64,000 bases of DNA from Acidimicrobiia bacterium (lineage in GTDB: Bacteria > Actinomycetota > Acidimicrobiia > Spongiisociales > UBA5794): positions 805 to 64,804 of the forward strand of contig JANTHO010000001.1 in the NCBI GenBank assembly GCA_024762335.1, read 5' to 3'. Of this stretch, positions 27,874 through 36,658 are shown in pieces. Every line of letters starts with the position of its first letter. Within the stretch, counting starts at the first letter, position 1. The translations under genes and the position numbers were made by a program. The notes beneath the pieces are model-generated. The model searched no databases and was not told the origin of the DNA. It saw only the letters and a program-made list of their open reading frames with translations.

Positions 27874-30642
27874 TCAGCCGGCGCAGATGTCGAGGATCGC
27901 GTCGCCGTAGGCCTCGAGCTTCGCCCGGCCGATGCCGGGGACGGAAGCCAACTGGGTCTCGGTCTGGGGCCGGATTCCTGCGATCGTCTCGATCGTTGCA
28001 TCGTGGAGGATCACGTAGGCGGGCACGCCCTTCGATCGTGCCGTCTCCAGCCGCCACGCCTTGAGGCGTTCGACGAGGTCGGCGTCGGCCGTGATCGATC
28101 CTGCTGCGGGGGCGAGCGGTCCGGTCCCGGCGTCTGCGGTGATGGTGTCCCCCCAGCGTGTTTGAAGTTCGCCGCCGCCGTCGACCCGGGCCCAGATGCC
28201 GTCGCCGTCGATCTCAGCGACCACGCCCCGGATCGCGCCGGACAGGATCACGGTCTCCCCGGGTTCGACCGAGATGCCGCGAGCCGTCCGCTGGGTGACC
28301 CGGCGCATCGGGGCCGGCATCTCGGGTTCCGGTTCGTGCGATGACTCTCCGGTGAGTTCGGTGAGGAAACGCGACGGACGGTCGGCATCGGCGAACACGG
28401 CGACCCGGTCGGCACCGCGGGTGATCGCGACGTGGAAGATGCGCCGTTCCTCCTCGATGTCGGTCGAAAGGTCGTGTGGCAGCAGACCGCGGTCGACGCC
28501 GAAGACGAGCACCCGGTCCCATTCGAGGCCCTTCGCCCGATGCACGGTTGAGAGCGTCACGCCGTCCGGTCCCGCCCTCCGGAGCATCTCGTCGAGCCAG
28601 GGTTCGAAGTCCGACGCGGTGGGGTGGATGGCCGCGGCCCTGCGCAGTGCGACGAGATCGTCTGACTGCGCGGATCGGTCGGCACTGCTCCGTCCTCCGT
28701 CGAGTGCATGGGCGGAAGATTCGAGACCGATCCTGCGAATGACGACATCGAGCAGCGCAGGCGCATCGTCCCGATCGGCGGCGTCAGCGACGAGTTCGAG
28801 ATCGTCGATGAACCCATCCCACCGTTTGGCCCGCTTGCCGTCCAGAACGGCTCCCACATCGGTCACCGACGCGAGATCGAAGTAGCGGCTTCCGACGAGC
28901 ACCTCCCCTGCGAGTCGGTTGAGGCCGCGGGACGGCCGACGCACCGCGGCCATGAGATCTTTCCTGTCCATGCGTTCCGGATCGAGGCCGAGCCGCATCC
29001 AGGCGAGGGTTGCTGAGACGACGGTGCGGTCGAGGAGGCCGGGGCCGACCGGAGATGAGAACGGAATACCCCGGTCGCCGAGGGCGACGTGGACCGGGAG
29101 GAGCGCCGAGTTGACCCGGGAGAGCACGGCGACGTCTGCGGTATCTGTCCCTTCCAGCCAGGTCTGCACCAGATCCGCCGCCTCCAACCCCATGCGTGCC
29201 CCGTCGATGCGTGCAACGGTGAAGCCGTCCGCGTCCGTCGCCGCGGCGGGCCCGGGAGCGATCGTCTTGTCGATTCGCCGGTCGTTGTACGACAGCAGGT
29301 GCGTCGTCGCTTCGATGACGGGAACCGGACAGCGGTAGTTGACTTCGAGCGGGTGCGATGCAGCGCCTGGGAAGAGCCGGTCGTATTCGATCAGATAGCC
29401 GGGGTCGGCACCGGCGTATCCGTAGATCGTCTGGTCGTCGTCCCCGACGCCGAACACGTCCAACTGCGGTGATGCGAGGAGTCGGATGAGGAGGAGATAG
29501 GAGCCGGTGAGATCCTGAAACTCGTCGACGAGGACGTGACGGCAGCGGTCCTGCCATCGTCGACGGAGGTCCGGGTTCGTGAGAAGGGCTTCGATCGCCC
29601 CGTAGATCTGCTCGTCGAAATCGGCCTCGCCGCCCCGCACCAGCCGTTCCCGGTAGCGATCGAACACGATGGCGAAGTCGGGAACGTCGTCTCGCCCCTC
29701 TTCGACCTGCTCCGGGGAACGGAGTGCGATCCGGGTCTCGGCGAGCGCTTCGAGATACGGCCCGATCGTGTCGGTGTTCGGCCTCCTGGGAGTTCGAACG
29801 AGATGGTCGAGACGCGAACGGACCTCCCTTTCGTCGAGCAACCGGACGTCGCCGCGGGCCTCGCGAAGAATCTCCCAGCCGAGCGAGTGCACGGTGCGAA
29901 CCAGGGCACCGTCGACGGCTCCCGCACGGTCACGCAGTTCGGCGGCCGCCTTCGTGTTGTAGGCGAGGGCGCACACGGTCGACTGCTCGATCCGGCGATC
30001 GTCGAGAAGATGCCGCAGGCGGGCGGTGAGCGTGCGGGTCTTCCCGGAGCCTGCCGGGGCGATGATGCGTGCCGGGCCGGATCCGTGGTTGGCTGCTTCG
30101 GCCTGATCGTGGGCGAGTCCATCACCGACGAGTCGGCGGGGCGGCATCGGGTCGAGCCGGCCCAGAGTCACGGTCTCAGACGGGACAACGGCTGCATCGA
30201 TCTCGATCGGGCCGCGGGGACCGCCGTCGATCCAGGCCGCAGTCCCATCCGGGAGGACCACGTCGGCCGGGCCCCCTTCGGTCGCACCCAGGGCGGCCGC
30301 CTTGGTTGCCCACCACCATCGCAGCGATCCGTCCCGTCCGTCGTAGGTGTTGGCCCAGATCAGGAAATGCAGCCGTTCGAGCGGGAAGGTGAAATCTGCT
30401 CCAACCTGTTGCGGTGCCCGTTCGTCGACCTCCGGCGTCCTGAGAGCGGCCGGGTCGACACCGAGTTCGATGATGACGGGTTCTCTCCCGACCCATGCCC
30501 GGTGGAGCCGATCGATCACTCGCTCCGGCTCGGTCAGCGTCGCTTTATCGACGACCACGACCGGAGCTCCGGTCCACGGTTCGGGAACGGAAGCGCCGGC
30601 CTCGATGACGACGGAGCGCCCGAGGGCTGTTAGAGCGGTCAC
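27874..30642 (-). CDS. UvrD/Rep/PcrA-family ATP-dependent DNA helicase with an N-terminal extension and a C-terminal HRDC domain
   Basis: 922 aa. Walker A APAGSGKT lies near aa 205, followed by DEFQD, VGDDDQTIY and TVHRAKGLEWD motifs. The C-terminal LKAWRLETARSKGVPAYVILHDATIETIA...L..VPGIG..K is HRDC-like. Confidence 0.85.
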   Translation of the reverse strand: MTALTALGRSVVIEAGASVPEPWTGAPVVVVDKATLTEPERVIDRLHRAWVGREPVIIELGVDPAALRTPEVDERAPQQVGADFTFPLERLHFLIWANTYDGRDGSLRWWWATKAAALGATEGGPADVVLPDGTAAWIDGGPRGPIEIDAAVVPSETVTLGRLDPMPPRRLVGDGLAHDQAEAANHGSGPARIIAPAGSGKTRTLTARLRHLLDDRRIEQSTVCALAYNTKAAAELRDRAGAVDGALVRTVHSLGWEILREARGDVRLLDEREVRSRLDHLVRTPRRPNTDTIGPYLEALAETRIALRSPEQVEEGRDDVPDFAIVFDRYRERLVRGGEADFDEQIYGAIEALLTNPDLRRRWQDRCRHVLVDEFQDLTGSYLLLIRLLASPQLDVFGVGDDDQTIYGYAGADPGYLIEYDRLFPGAASHPLEVNYRCPVPVIEATTHLLSYNDRRIDKTIAPGPAAATDADGFTVARIDGARMGLEAADLVQTWLEGTDTADVAVLSRVNSALLPVHVALGDRGIPFSSPVGPGLLDRTVVSATLAWMRLGLDPERMDRKDLMAAVRRPSRGLNRLAGEVLVGSRYFDLASVTDVGAVLDGKRAKRWDGFIDDLELVADAADRDDAPALLDVVIRRIGLESSAHALDGGRSSADRSAQSDDLVALRRAAAIHPTASDFEPWLDEMLRRAGPDGVTLSTVHRAKGLEWDRVLVFGVDRGLLPHDLSTDIEEERRIFHVAITRGADRVAVFADADRPSRFLTELTGESSHEPEPEMPAPMRRVTQRTARGISVEPGETVILSGAIRGVVAEIDGDGIWARVDGGGELQTRWGDTITADAGTGPLAPAAGSITADADLVERLKAWRLETARSKGVPAYVILHDATIETIAGIRPQTETQLASVPGIGRAKLEAYGDAILDICAG

Positions 30643-30698
30643 ACCGGCGAGGTTAGAGGCACGGTGTGACGGAACGATGGCGGTGTAATTGACGGTTC

Positions 30699-30736
30699 AT
30701 GTATCGAAACGATATAGTTATATCGATTCGATACAT
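30699..30736. promoter_or_regulatory. AT-rich imperfect palindrome, candidate PadR operator in front of padR-ino1
   Basis: ATGTATCGAAACGATATAGTTATATCGATTCGATACAT is largely self-complementary (arms ATGTATCGAA / TTCGATACAT and CGATATA / TATATCG). It lies 13 nt upstream of the padR GTG and stands out against the high-GC background. Confidence 0.55.
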
Positions 30737-30748
30737 CGGAGACCGTTG

Positions 30749-31261
30749 GTGCTCGACTTCGCCATCCTTGGACTGCTTCACGACCGGCCGCGACACGGCT
30801 ACGAGTTGAAGCGCGCCCTCGGCGATCTCGGCTTCTGGCAGGTCTCGTTCGGATCCCTCTATCCGGCGCTGCGGCGTCTGGAGAAGCAGGGGTTCATCGA
30901 GGCCACCAAGGTCGAGGGCCGAAGGAAGTCCTATCAGATGACCGGGTCGGGCCGTGTCCGCTTCGGCGAGATGCTCACGGAGACCGATGACGGTTCGGAC
31001 CGGGAGTTCCAGTTGCGGCTGGCATTCCTCGGATACGTCGAACCGCAGCGCCGCCTCGGGGTCCTCGAGGCCCGCAGGACGGCGCTCCAGGACCGCCTCC
31101 ACGGCGCACGGCGCTCATTCAAGGGCGCTCGTTCAAGCACGAGGAGGCCAGACAAGTACCGCATGGCGCTCATGGAGCGAAGGGTTCGGTCGACCGAGGC
31201 GGACATCGCCTGGCTCGACGAACTGATCGCCGGCGAGCGAAGCGCTGCAGCCGGCGCATGA
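30749..31261 (+). CDS. PadR family transcriptional regulator
   Basis: [22 protein letters not shown]...[18 protein letters not shown] is a winged-helix PadR signature. GTG 30749 lies 7 nt after GGAG. The ATG 30689 start would cover the palindrome. Confidence 0.85.
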   Translation: MLDFAILGLLHDRPRHGYELKRALGDLGFWQVSFGSLYPALRRLEKQGFIEATKVEGRRKSYQMTGSGRVRFGEMLTETDDGSDREFQLRLAFLGYVEPQRRLGVLEARRTALQDRLHGARRSFKGARSSTRRPDKYRMALMERRVRSTEADIAWLDELIAGERSAAAGA

Positions 31262-31284
31262 GTTCACAGAACGAGGAGGACGAC

Positions 31285-32397
31285 ATGTCCAACAAAGTAC
31301 GGGTAGCGATCGCAGGGATGGGCAACTGTGCCAACTCCCTCATCCAGGGCGTCGAGTATTACAAGGACGCCGACGAGTCCCTCAAGGTCCCCGGATTGAT
31401 GCACATCAACCTCGGTGGGTATCACGTCGGTGACGTCGAGTTCGTCGCCGCCTTCGATGTCGACGCCACCAAGGTCGGTCAAGACATGGCGAAGGCCATG
31501 TGGGCCGGCATGAACAACACGATCCAGTTCGTCGAGGTTCCGGATCTCGGCGTCGAGGTGATGCGCGGACCAACCTTCGACGGTCTCGGCAAGTACTACG
31601 TCGACGAGGTCGAAGAGTCGGCCGCCGAACCGGTGGACGTCGTGCAAGTCCTCAAGGACACCGGGGTAGATGTTTTGGTCTCCTACCTCCCGGTCGGCTC
31701 CGAGAAGGCGACCAAGTTCTACGCCCAGGCGGCGCTCGACGCCGGTGTGGCGTTCGTCAATGCCATCCCCGTCTTCATCGCCTCTGATCCGGAGTGGGCG
31801 CAGAAATTCATCGACGCGAATCTGCCGATCATCGGCGACGACATCAAGTCGCAGGTGGGCGCCACGATCGTTCACCGCCAACTCGCCCGCCTCTTCGAAG
31901 ACCGCGGCGTGAAGATCGATCAGACCTACCAGCTGAACTTCGGCGGGAACATGGACTTCAAGAACATGCTCGAACGTGAGCGTCTCGTGTCCAAGAAGAT
32001 CTCGAAGACCCAGTCGGTGACGAGCCAGATCGAGCGGCGTATGAACTCCGACACCGTCCACATCGGTCCGTCGGACCACGTGCCGTGGCTGTCGGATCGC
32101 AAGTGGGCGTACATCCGTCTCGAAGGAACGTCGTTCGGCGACGTGCCACTCAACGTCGAGTTGAAGCTCGAAGTGTGGGACTCGCCCAACTCGGCCGGCG
32201 TGATCATCGATGCCGTTCGTGCGGCGAAGATCGGCCTCGACCGCGGCGTCGGCGGTCCGCTCCTCGCACCGTCGTCGTACTTCATGAAGTCGCCGCCGGT
32301 TCAGTACCACGACTCGGTGGCACACGACAACGTCGAAGGCTTCATCGACGGCACCGTCGACCTGGCCTGCGACCTGGAGACCTTCCTCTCCGCCTAA
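31285..32397 (+). CDS. ino1: myo-Inositol-1-phosphate synthase
   Basis: [26 protein letters not shown]....GDDIKSQ.GATI..R.L..L...R and SYFMKSPP are present, as in actinobacterial Ino1. ATG 31285 follows GAGGAGG. The alternative ATG 31258 overlaps the padR stop (ATGA). Confidence 0.9.
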   Translation: MSNKVRVAIAGMGNCANSLIQGVEYYKDADESLKVPGLMHINLGGYHVGDVEFVAAFDVDATKVGQDMAKAMWAGMNNTIQFVEVPDLGVEVMRGPTFDGLGKYYVDEVEESAAEPVDVVQVLKDTGVDVLVSYLPVGSEKATKFYAQAALDAGVAFVNAIPVFIASDPEWAQKFIDANLPIIGDDIKSQVGATIVHRQLARLFEDRGVKIDQTYQLNFGGNMDFKNMLERERLVSKKISKTQSVTSQIERRMNSDTVHIGPSDHVPWLSDRKWAYIRLEGTSFGDVPLNVELKLEVWDSPNSAGVIIDAVRAAKIGLDRGVGGPLLAPSSYFMKSPPVQYHDSVAHDNVEGFIDGTVDLACDLETFLSA

Positions 32398-32410
32398 CCC
32401 CCTGGAGTTC

Positions 32411-32448
32411 GGCGTCCAAAACGGCACTATTTCACCGTTTTGGACGCC
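32411..32448 (+). terminator. Intrinsic terminator after ino1
   Basis: Perfect 14-bp stem GGCGTCCAAAACGG / CCGTTTTGGACGCC with a 10-nt loop, followed by GGACTTCTGTTT. Confidence 0.65.
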
Positions 32449-32563
32449 GGACTTCTGTTTATGGGGGTAGGGTGGGGTATCTTCGACGAGGAGCCTATGA
32501 CCGACATCAACTGAGGAACTCACCGCCTCCGGGTCTGCGACCCGCCCTACCAAGGGAGTTGCC

Positions 32564-34063
32564 ATGTCTGCCATTCACGCTTCACACGTCTCGTTCTCGT
32601 ACACCACCGCCGTCGCCGTCATCGACGACGCCTCCTTCGACCTCGGCCCCGGATGGACCGGGCTCGTCGGAGCCAACGGCGTGGGGAAGTCCACGCTCCT
32701 GTCGATCATCACGGGAGAGCATCCCCCGGATTCGGGAACAGTCACGCTGGTTCCGACGGGGACGACCCCGATCCTCTGCGAACAACGAGTCGACGAGCAG
32801 AGCGAGCGCATCGTCGACTTCGGCGCGTCGTGGGATCGTGAAGCCGTTCGCCTTCGGGCACGGCTCGCTCTCGACCCCGTCGACCTGGATCGGTGGAAGA
32901 CCCTCTCCCCCGGTGAGCGCAAGCGATGGCAGATCGGTGCGGCACTCGCTGCCCGACCCGACATCCTGCTGCTCGACGAACCCACGAACCATCTCGATGG
33001 CGATGCCCGCGATCTCCTCCTCGGAGCGCTCAGGGGGTTCCGCGGCTGCGGGATCGTCGTGTCCCACGACCGGAGCCTCCTCCAGGATTTGACGAGCCGA
33101 ACGCTCCGGATCGCCCGCGGCCGCGTCGAACTGTGGAACGGCCCGTATGACGTCGCTCATGCCGGGTGGACCGCACGTGCAGCCGAGGAACTCGAGAGAC
33201 TTGATCGGATGAAGACGGAGCGCAAGAAGCTCGCCCGCCGTCTCGACGAGCAGCATCGCAAGACCGCACAGAAGGACGCAGAGCGACAACGGATCCGTCG
33301 CAACGCACCCCTGAAGGACCATGACGCGCGAGGAGCAGTAGCGAAGGGGACTCACAATCGCGGTCAGAAGACCGGGGCGAAGTCCGTTGAGACCATCACG
33401 AACTCATTGAGGGGTGTCACGGGGGAGATCGACGCGGCGCACGTCGCGAAGGATCCCGGGGGGCGTATCTCGTTCCCGACGGATGCCGCCCGCAAGGAAT
33501 TCCTGATTCGGTACACGGGCCCCGTCTCAGCGGGTGACCGGTTTCTGTTCGACATCGACGTCGCCGTGCGACGAACAGACCGGATCCACGTCGCAGGACC
33601 GAATGGAGTCGGGAAGACAACGCTCCTCAATACGCTCGTCGCGTCCTCTTCGATTCCATCCGCCCGGATGCTCGTTCTCCACCAGGAGACGACCCGCACC
33701 GAGGCCGTCGGATGGCTGGATGCGGTGCGAACGCTCCCACCCGACGAGCGAGGGCGAGTGATGTCCCTCGTTGCTCTCCTCGGAACCGACCCCGGACCCC
33801 TTCTCGAGTCGGGTCAGCCGTCACCGGGGGAAGCCCGCAAGGCCGCCATGGCCCTCGGACTGGGGACACCGACCTGGCTGCTCATCCTCGACGAGCCGAC
33901 CAACCATCTCGATCTCCCGTCCATCGAGCGTCTCGAAGAAGCGCTGGGCGGCTATCCCGGAGCGCTCCTCCTCGTCACACACGACGACACGCTCGCCCAA
34001 GCGGTCACCGACACCACGTGGCTCTTGGACGGATTCGATGGGTTGACAATTGGGTGCGGATGA
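32564..34063 (+). CDS. ABC-F family ATPase (two NBDs, no TM domain)
   Basis: Two Walker A sites (GANGVGKST, GPNGVGKTT), two LLLDEPTNHLD / LILDEPTNHLD Walker B sites and a basic coiled linker (ERKKLARRLDEQHRKTAQKDAERQRIRR) are present. No adjacent permease. Confidence 0.85.
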   Translation: MSAIHASHVSFSYTTAVAVIDDASFDLGPGWTGLVGANGVGKSTLLSIITGEHPPDSGTVTLVPTGTTPILCEQRVDEQSERIVDFGASWDREAVRLRARLALDPVDLDRWKTLSPGERKRWQIGAALAARPDILLLDEPTNHLDGDARDLLLGALRGFRGCGIVVSHDRSLLQDLTSRTLRIARGRVELWNGPYDVAHAGWTARAAEELERLDRMKTERKKLARRLDEQHRKTAQKDAERQRIRRNAPLKDHDARGAVAKGTHNRGQKTGAKSVETITNSLRGVTGEIDAAHVAKDPGGRISFPTDAARKEFLIRYTGPVSAGDRFLFDIDVAVRRTDRIHVAGPNGVGKTTLLNTLVASSSIPSARMLVLHQETTRTEAVGWLDAVRTLPPDERGRVMSLVALLGTDPGPLLESGQPSPGEARKAAMALGLGTPTWLLILDEPTNHLDLPSIERLEEALGGYPGALLLVTHDDTLAQAVTDTTWLLDGFDGLTIGCG

Positions 34064-34077
34064 CATACGGTTGACAC

Positions 34078-34515
34078 ATGACCGCACCACTTGTCGATAT
34101 GAGCCCCGAGGACGCTGCAGCCCTGCTCGCGTCCCGGTCCGATCCGGTCTGGCGACGCCGATTCGTCGACGAACTCGACCGCACCGTGCGAACCGATCCG
34201 CTCGAGCGATTCGTCGAACTCTGGGGGCTCTCGAACGCCGGAGCAGCCCGGGTCTTCGGAGTGTCCCGCCAGGCATTCTCCAAATGGCTGCGCCACGGCC
34301 CTCCTGCATCACGCAGCCGGGCAGTAGCCGATCTCGCGGTTGCCACCGATCTGCTCGACCGGTATGTGAAGCGAGAGCGCATCCCGGCCGTCGTTCGGCG
34401 CAGCGCCCCCAACCTCGGTGGACGATCCCTCTTCGAACTCGCGTCCACAGGAGCGACGGACGAAGTGGCAGAAGCCGTCGCGACGATGTTCGACCTCCGC
34501 CGCGTTCAGCCGTGA
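34078..34515 (+). CDS. Xre/MbcA/ParS-type antitoxin (HTH plus DUF2384-like toxin-binding domain)
   Basis: 145 aa. The HTH-like LSNAGAARVFGVSRQAFSKW is followed by a C-terminal RWL..PNP.LGGRSP..L-like segment (VVRRSAPNLGGRSLFELA). The stop overlaps the RES gene start (GTGA). Confidence 0.75.
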   Translation: MTAPLVDMSPEDAAALLASRSDPVWRRRFVDELDRTVRTDPLERFVELWGLSNAGAARVFGVSRQAFSKWLRHGPPASRSRAVADLAVATDLLDRYVKRERIPAVVRRSAPNLGGRSLFELASTGATDEVAEAVATMFDLRRVQP

Positions 34516-35048
34516 TCGACCCACTGCCGGAACGACTGGCCGACAACCGACGGTGGTTCCGCGTCGCCGACGAGAACTGGGACGACCCGCTCGATCCCTC
34601 GTTCGCCCAGCGTCACGGGGGCCGCTGGAACCCTCCGGATTCCTTCCCCACGCTCTACCTGAACGAAGACATCGATACGGCCCGGGCCCAGGTCGGTCAC
34701 ATGCTCGCCGGTTGGCCGGCCGATCCGGAGGACCTCGACGCACCGTTCGTCCTGGTCACCGTCGCCCTCCCCCGGAACCAGACGGTCGCCGATGCGGTCA
34801 CCGACGAAGGCCTAGAACGTCTCGGTCTACCGATCACGTATCCCATCGACGCGGCAGGCTCGGAGGTTCGACACAGCGCATGCAGACCGATCGGTGCCGC
34901 TGTGAAGCTCTCGGGGTTGCGCGGCGTGCATGCCCGATCGGCCGCAACAGCAGACGGCTCAGGCCGGGAACTGGCGTGGTTCCCTGCGAGGACGTCTTCG
35001 AAGGCCCGCCGTGTCGCTCCGGACCGTCCATTCGACGACTGGAGGTAG
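34512..35048 (+). CDS. RES-domain toxin (putative NAD+-degrading, MbcT/ParT family)
   Basis: GTG 34512 lies inside ORF 34050..35048 in the same frame and gives 178 aa. GGRWNPPDSFPTLYLNEDIDTA and GVHARSAAT...ELAWFP match the R...S parts of the RES signature. Confidence 0.75.
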   Translation: MIDPLPERLADNRRWFRVADENWDDPLDPSFAQRHGGRWNPPDSFPTLYLNEDIDTARAQVGHMLAGWPADPEDLDAPFVLVTVALPRNQTVADAVTDEGLERLGLPITYPIDAAGSEVRHSACRPIGAAVKLSGLRGVHARSAATADGSGRELAWFPARTSSKARRVAPDRPFDDWR

Positions 35049-35056
35049 GTGCCGGC

Positions 35057-35830
35057 TCAGAGGTGTTCGCGCAACCAGGCGATGTCGGCGGCCTGCTCCT
35101 CCGCGCCGCCCGGTGTCTCTACGACGACGGGGGCGTTGGCCTCCCGGATCGTCGAGAGGATCAACTCGGCGGGGATCTCCCCCTTGCCGAAGTTGGCGTG
35201 CCGATCCCGGTGGCTGCCGAACGGGTCCTTCGAGTCGTTCCCGTGGATGAGGTCGATCCCGCCGGTGAATTGCGTGACCCGCTCGACGGCGGTCGCCAGG
35301 TCCGCTCCCGCGGCCCAGGTGTGACACGTGTCGAGGCACACCCCGACGTTGAAGTCTCCGATCGCGCTCCAGAGCGGCCCGTAGTTGTCGAGGTTCTGCA
35401 TCACCGTGTTGCCTTTTCCGGCGGTGTTCTCGACGAGAACGGGCACGGTCACGTCGAACGAATCGAGCGCCTTGAACCAGCGTTCGAACCCGACGTCGAC
35501 CTCCTCGTCCGCACCGACGCTGCCGCCGTGTACGACGACGCCCTTGGCTCCGATCAGCGCAGATGCTTCGACGGTTTGGGCCAGCAGCTTGCGTGATGGG
35601 ATCCGCACCCGGTTGTTCGGTGAAGCGAGGTTGATGAGGTAGGGGGAGTGGACGTAGACATCGATCCCCGACGAGCGGAGCGCCTCGGCATCGGCTCGGG
35701 GAATCGGCTTCTTCCACTGTTGCGGATTCGAGACGAAGATCTGGATCACCTCCGCATCACGAGCCTTCGCCTCGCTGAGCGGATCGGCGGCGGGCACGTG
35801 GGCACCGATTTTGAGATCAGTCGTCATCAT
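35057..35830 (-). CDS. nfo: Endonuclease IV (deoxyribonuclease IV)
   Basis: IGAHV.....L.....D.EVIQIF..NPQ.W; VH.PYLINLASP; VVVH.G; LVENTAG; DTCH..AAG; HGNDSK...GS..DRH are Nfo metal-site motifs. AGGAGG precedes the tandem ATG ATG. Confidence 0.9.
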   Translation of the reverse strand: MMTTDLKIGAHVPAADPLSEAKARDAEVIQIFVSNPQQWKKPIPRADAEALRSSGIDVYVHSPYLINLASPNNRVRIPSRKLLAQTVEASALIGAKGVVVHGGSVGADEEVDVGFERWFKALDSFDVTVPVLVENTAGKGNTVMQNLDNYGPLWSAIGDFNVGVCLDTCHTWAAGADLATAVERVTQFTGGIDLIHGNDSKDPFGSHRDRHANFGKGEIPAELILSTIREANAPVVVETPGGAEEQAADIAWLREHL

Positions 35831-36401
35831 CAACCTCCTGATGCTCGAGACGGCGAGCATGTTCGATCGCGGTCTCCGCGTGGATACTGACTTCCTCGAT
35901 CGGTTTCTCCCATCCGGCGGCGTCGATCACAAGCCGATTCCCATCCCAGGACGCGCCCCACGGTTCCGCCGGCAGACCGGAGGGATCACGGAGATCGACC
36001 ACGAGAACGTCCCGATCCGAACCGCCGTCCGGATCCTTCTCGGCCGCACACTGAACCGACTCGATCGCATGCCACGGCACGAACACGGAATCTTCACCGG
36101 GCGGTCCGATGTCCAGAGTCATGCCGTCCTCACGCAGCACGAGGACGGGCGTCCGCCGGATCAGAGACGTCACCGCGTACCCGAACGCACCCGCTCCGCT
36201 GATGAGGAGGAACGCTCCCCACACGTAGTCGGATCGGCGCTGATTCCTCCCCTTCGACGTGATCTCCTCGTTGTACGTATCGGGCGCCGTCGAGAGCCAG
36301 TGTCCCCACATGACGTCCACGGCCCCGATCATGAGGAGCAATCCGACGAGGCCGAAGAGGAACAAGCGGATCGGCGATCGATCGACGCGAAGCAGGTTCA
36401 T
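35817..36401 (-). CDS. Hypothetical membrane protein (2 TM segments plus a soluble C-terminal domain)
   Basis: 194 aa. TM segments are LFLFGLVGLLLMIGAV and GAFLLISGAGAFGYAV. The tail is acidic (QEVDDDD). It overlaps the nfo start by 14 nt. Confidence 0.55.
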   Translation of the reverse strand: MNLLRVDRSPIRLFLFGLVGLLLMIGAVDVMWGHWLSTAPDTYNEEITSKGRNQRRSDYVWGAFLLISGAGAFGYAVTSLIRRTPVLVLREDGMTLDIGPPGEDSVFVPWHAIESVQCAAEKDPDGGSDRDVLVVDLRDPSGLPAEPWGASWDGNRLVIDAAGWEKPIEEVSIHAETAIEHARRLEHQEVDDDD

Positions 36402-36658
36402 CTTTCGACCCCCGGGTCGTCTGGCGGTACGGCATCAACATAGGCCCGGGCGGCGTCTTTCACCGCCGAATCTGTCACCCAAAAAGAATTCGGGAAATCG
36501 CTCAAGGAATGTTCAGGGCCGGCCGATACGTTAATCAGACAGGATGCCTTCCTACCTCCCGTCTAAGCCCGAGCCGAGACCGCCGCAAGGCGGTCTTTGG
36601 CTCGTCTGGGGTGCGATGGGGTCGCACGTTCGGCCCGCAGCCGTCCTATCTTCCGCCC

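Noticed and set aside
31264-32574. 436-aa minus ORF
   Set aside because: It is the antisense shadow of ino1, which has unmistakable inositol-phosphate-synthase motifs on the + strand.
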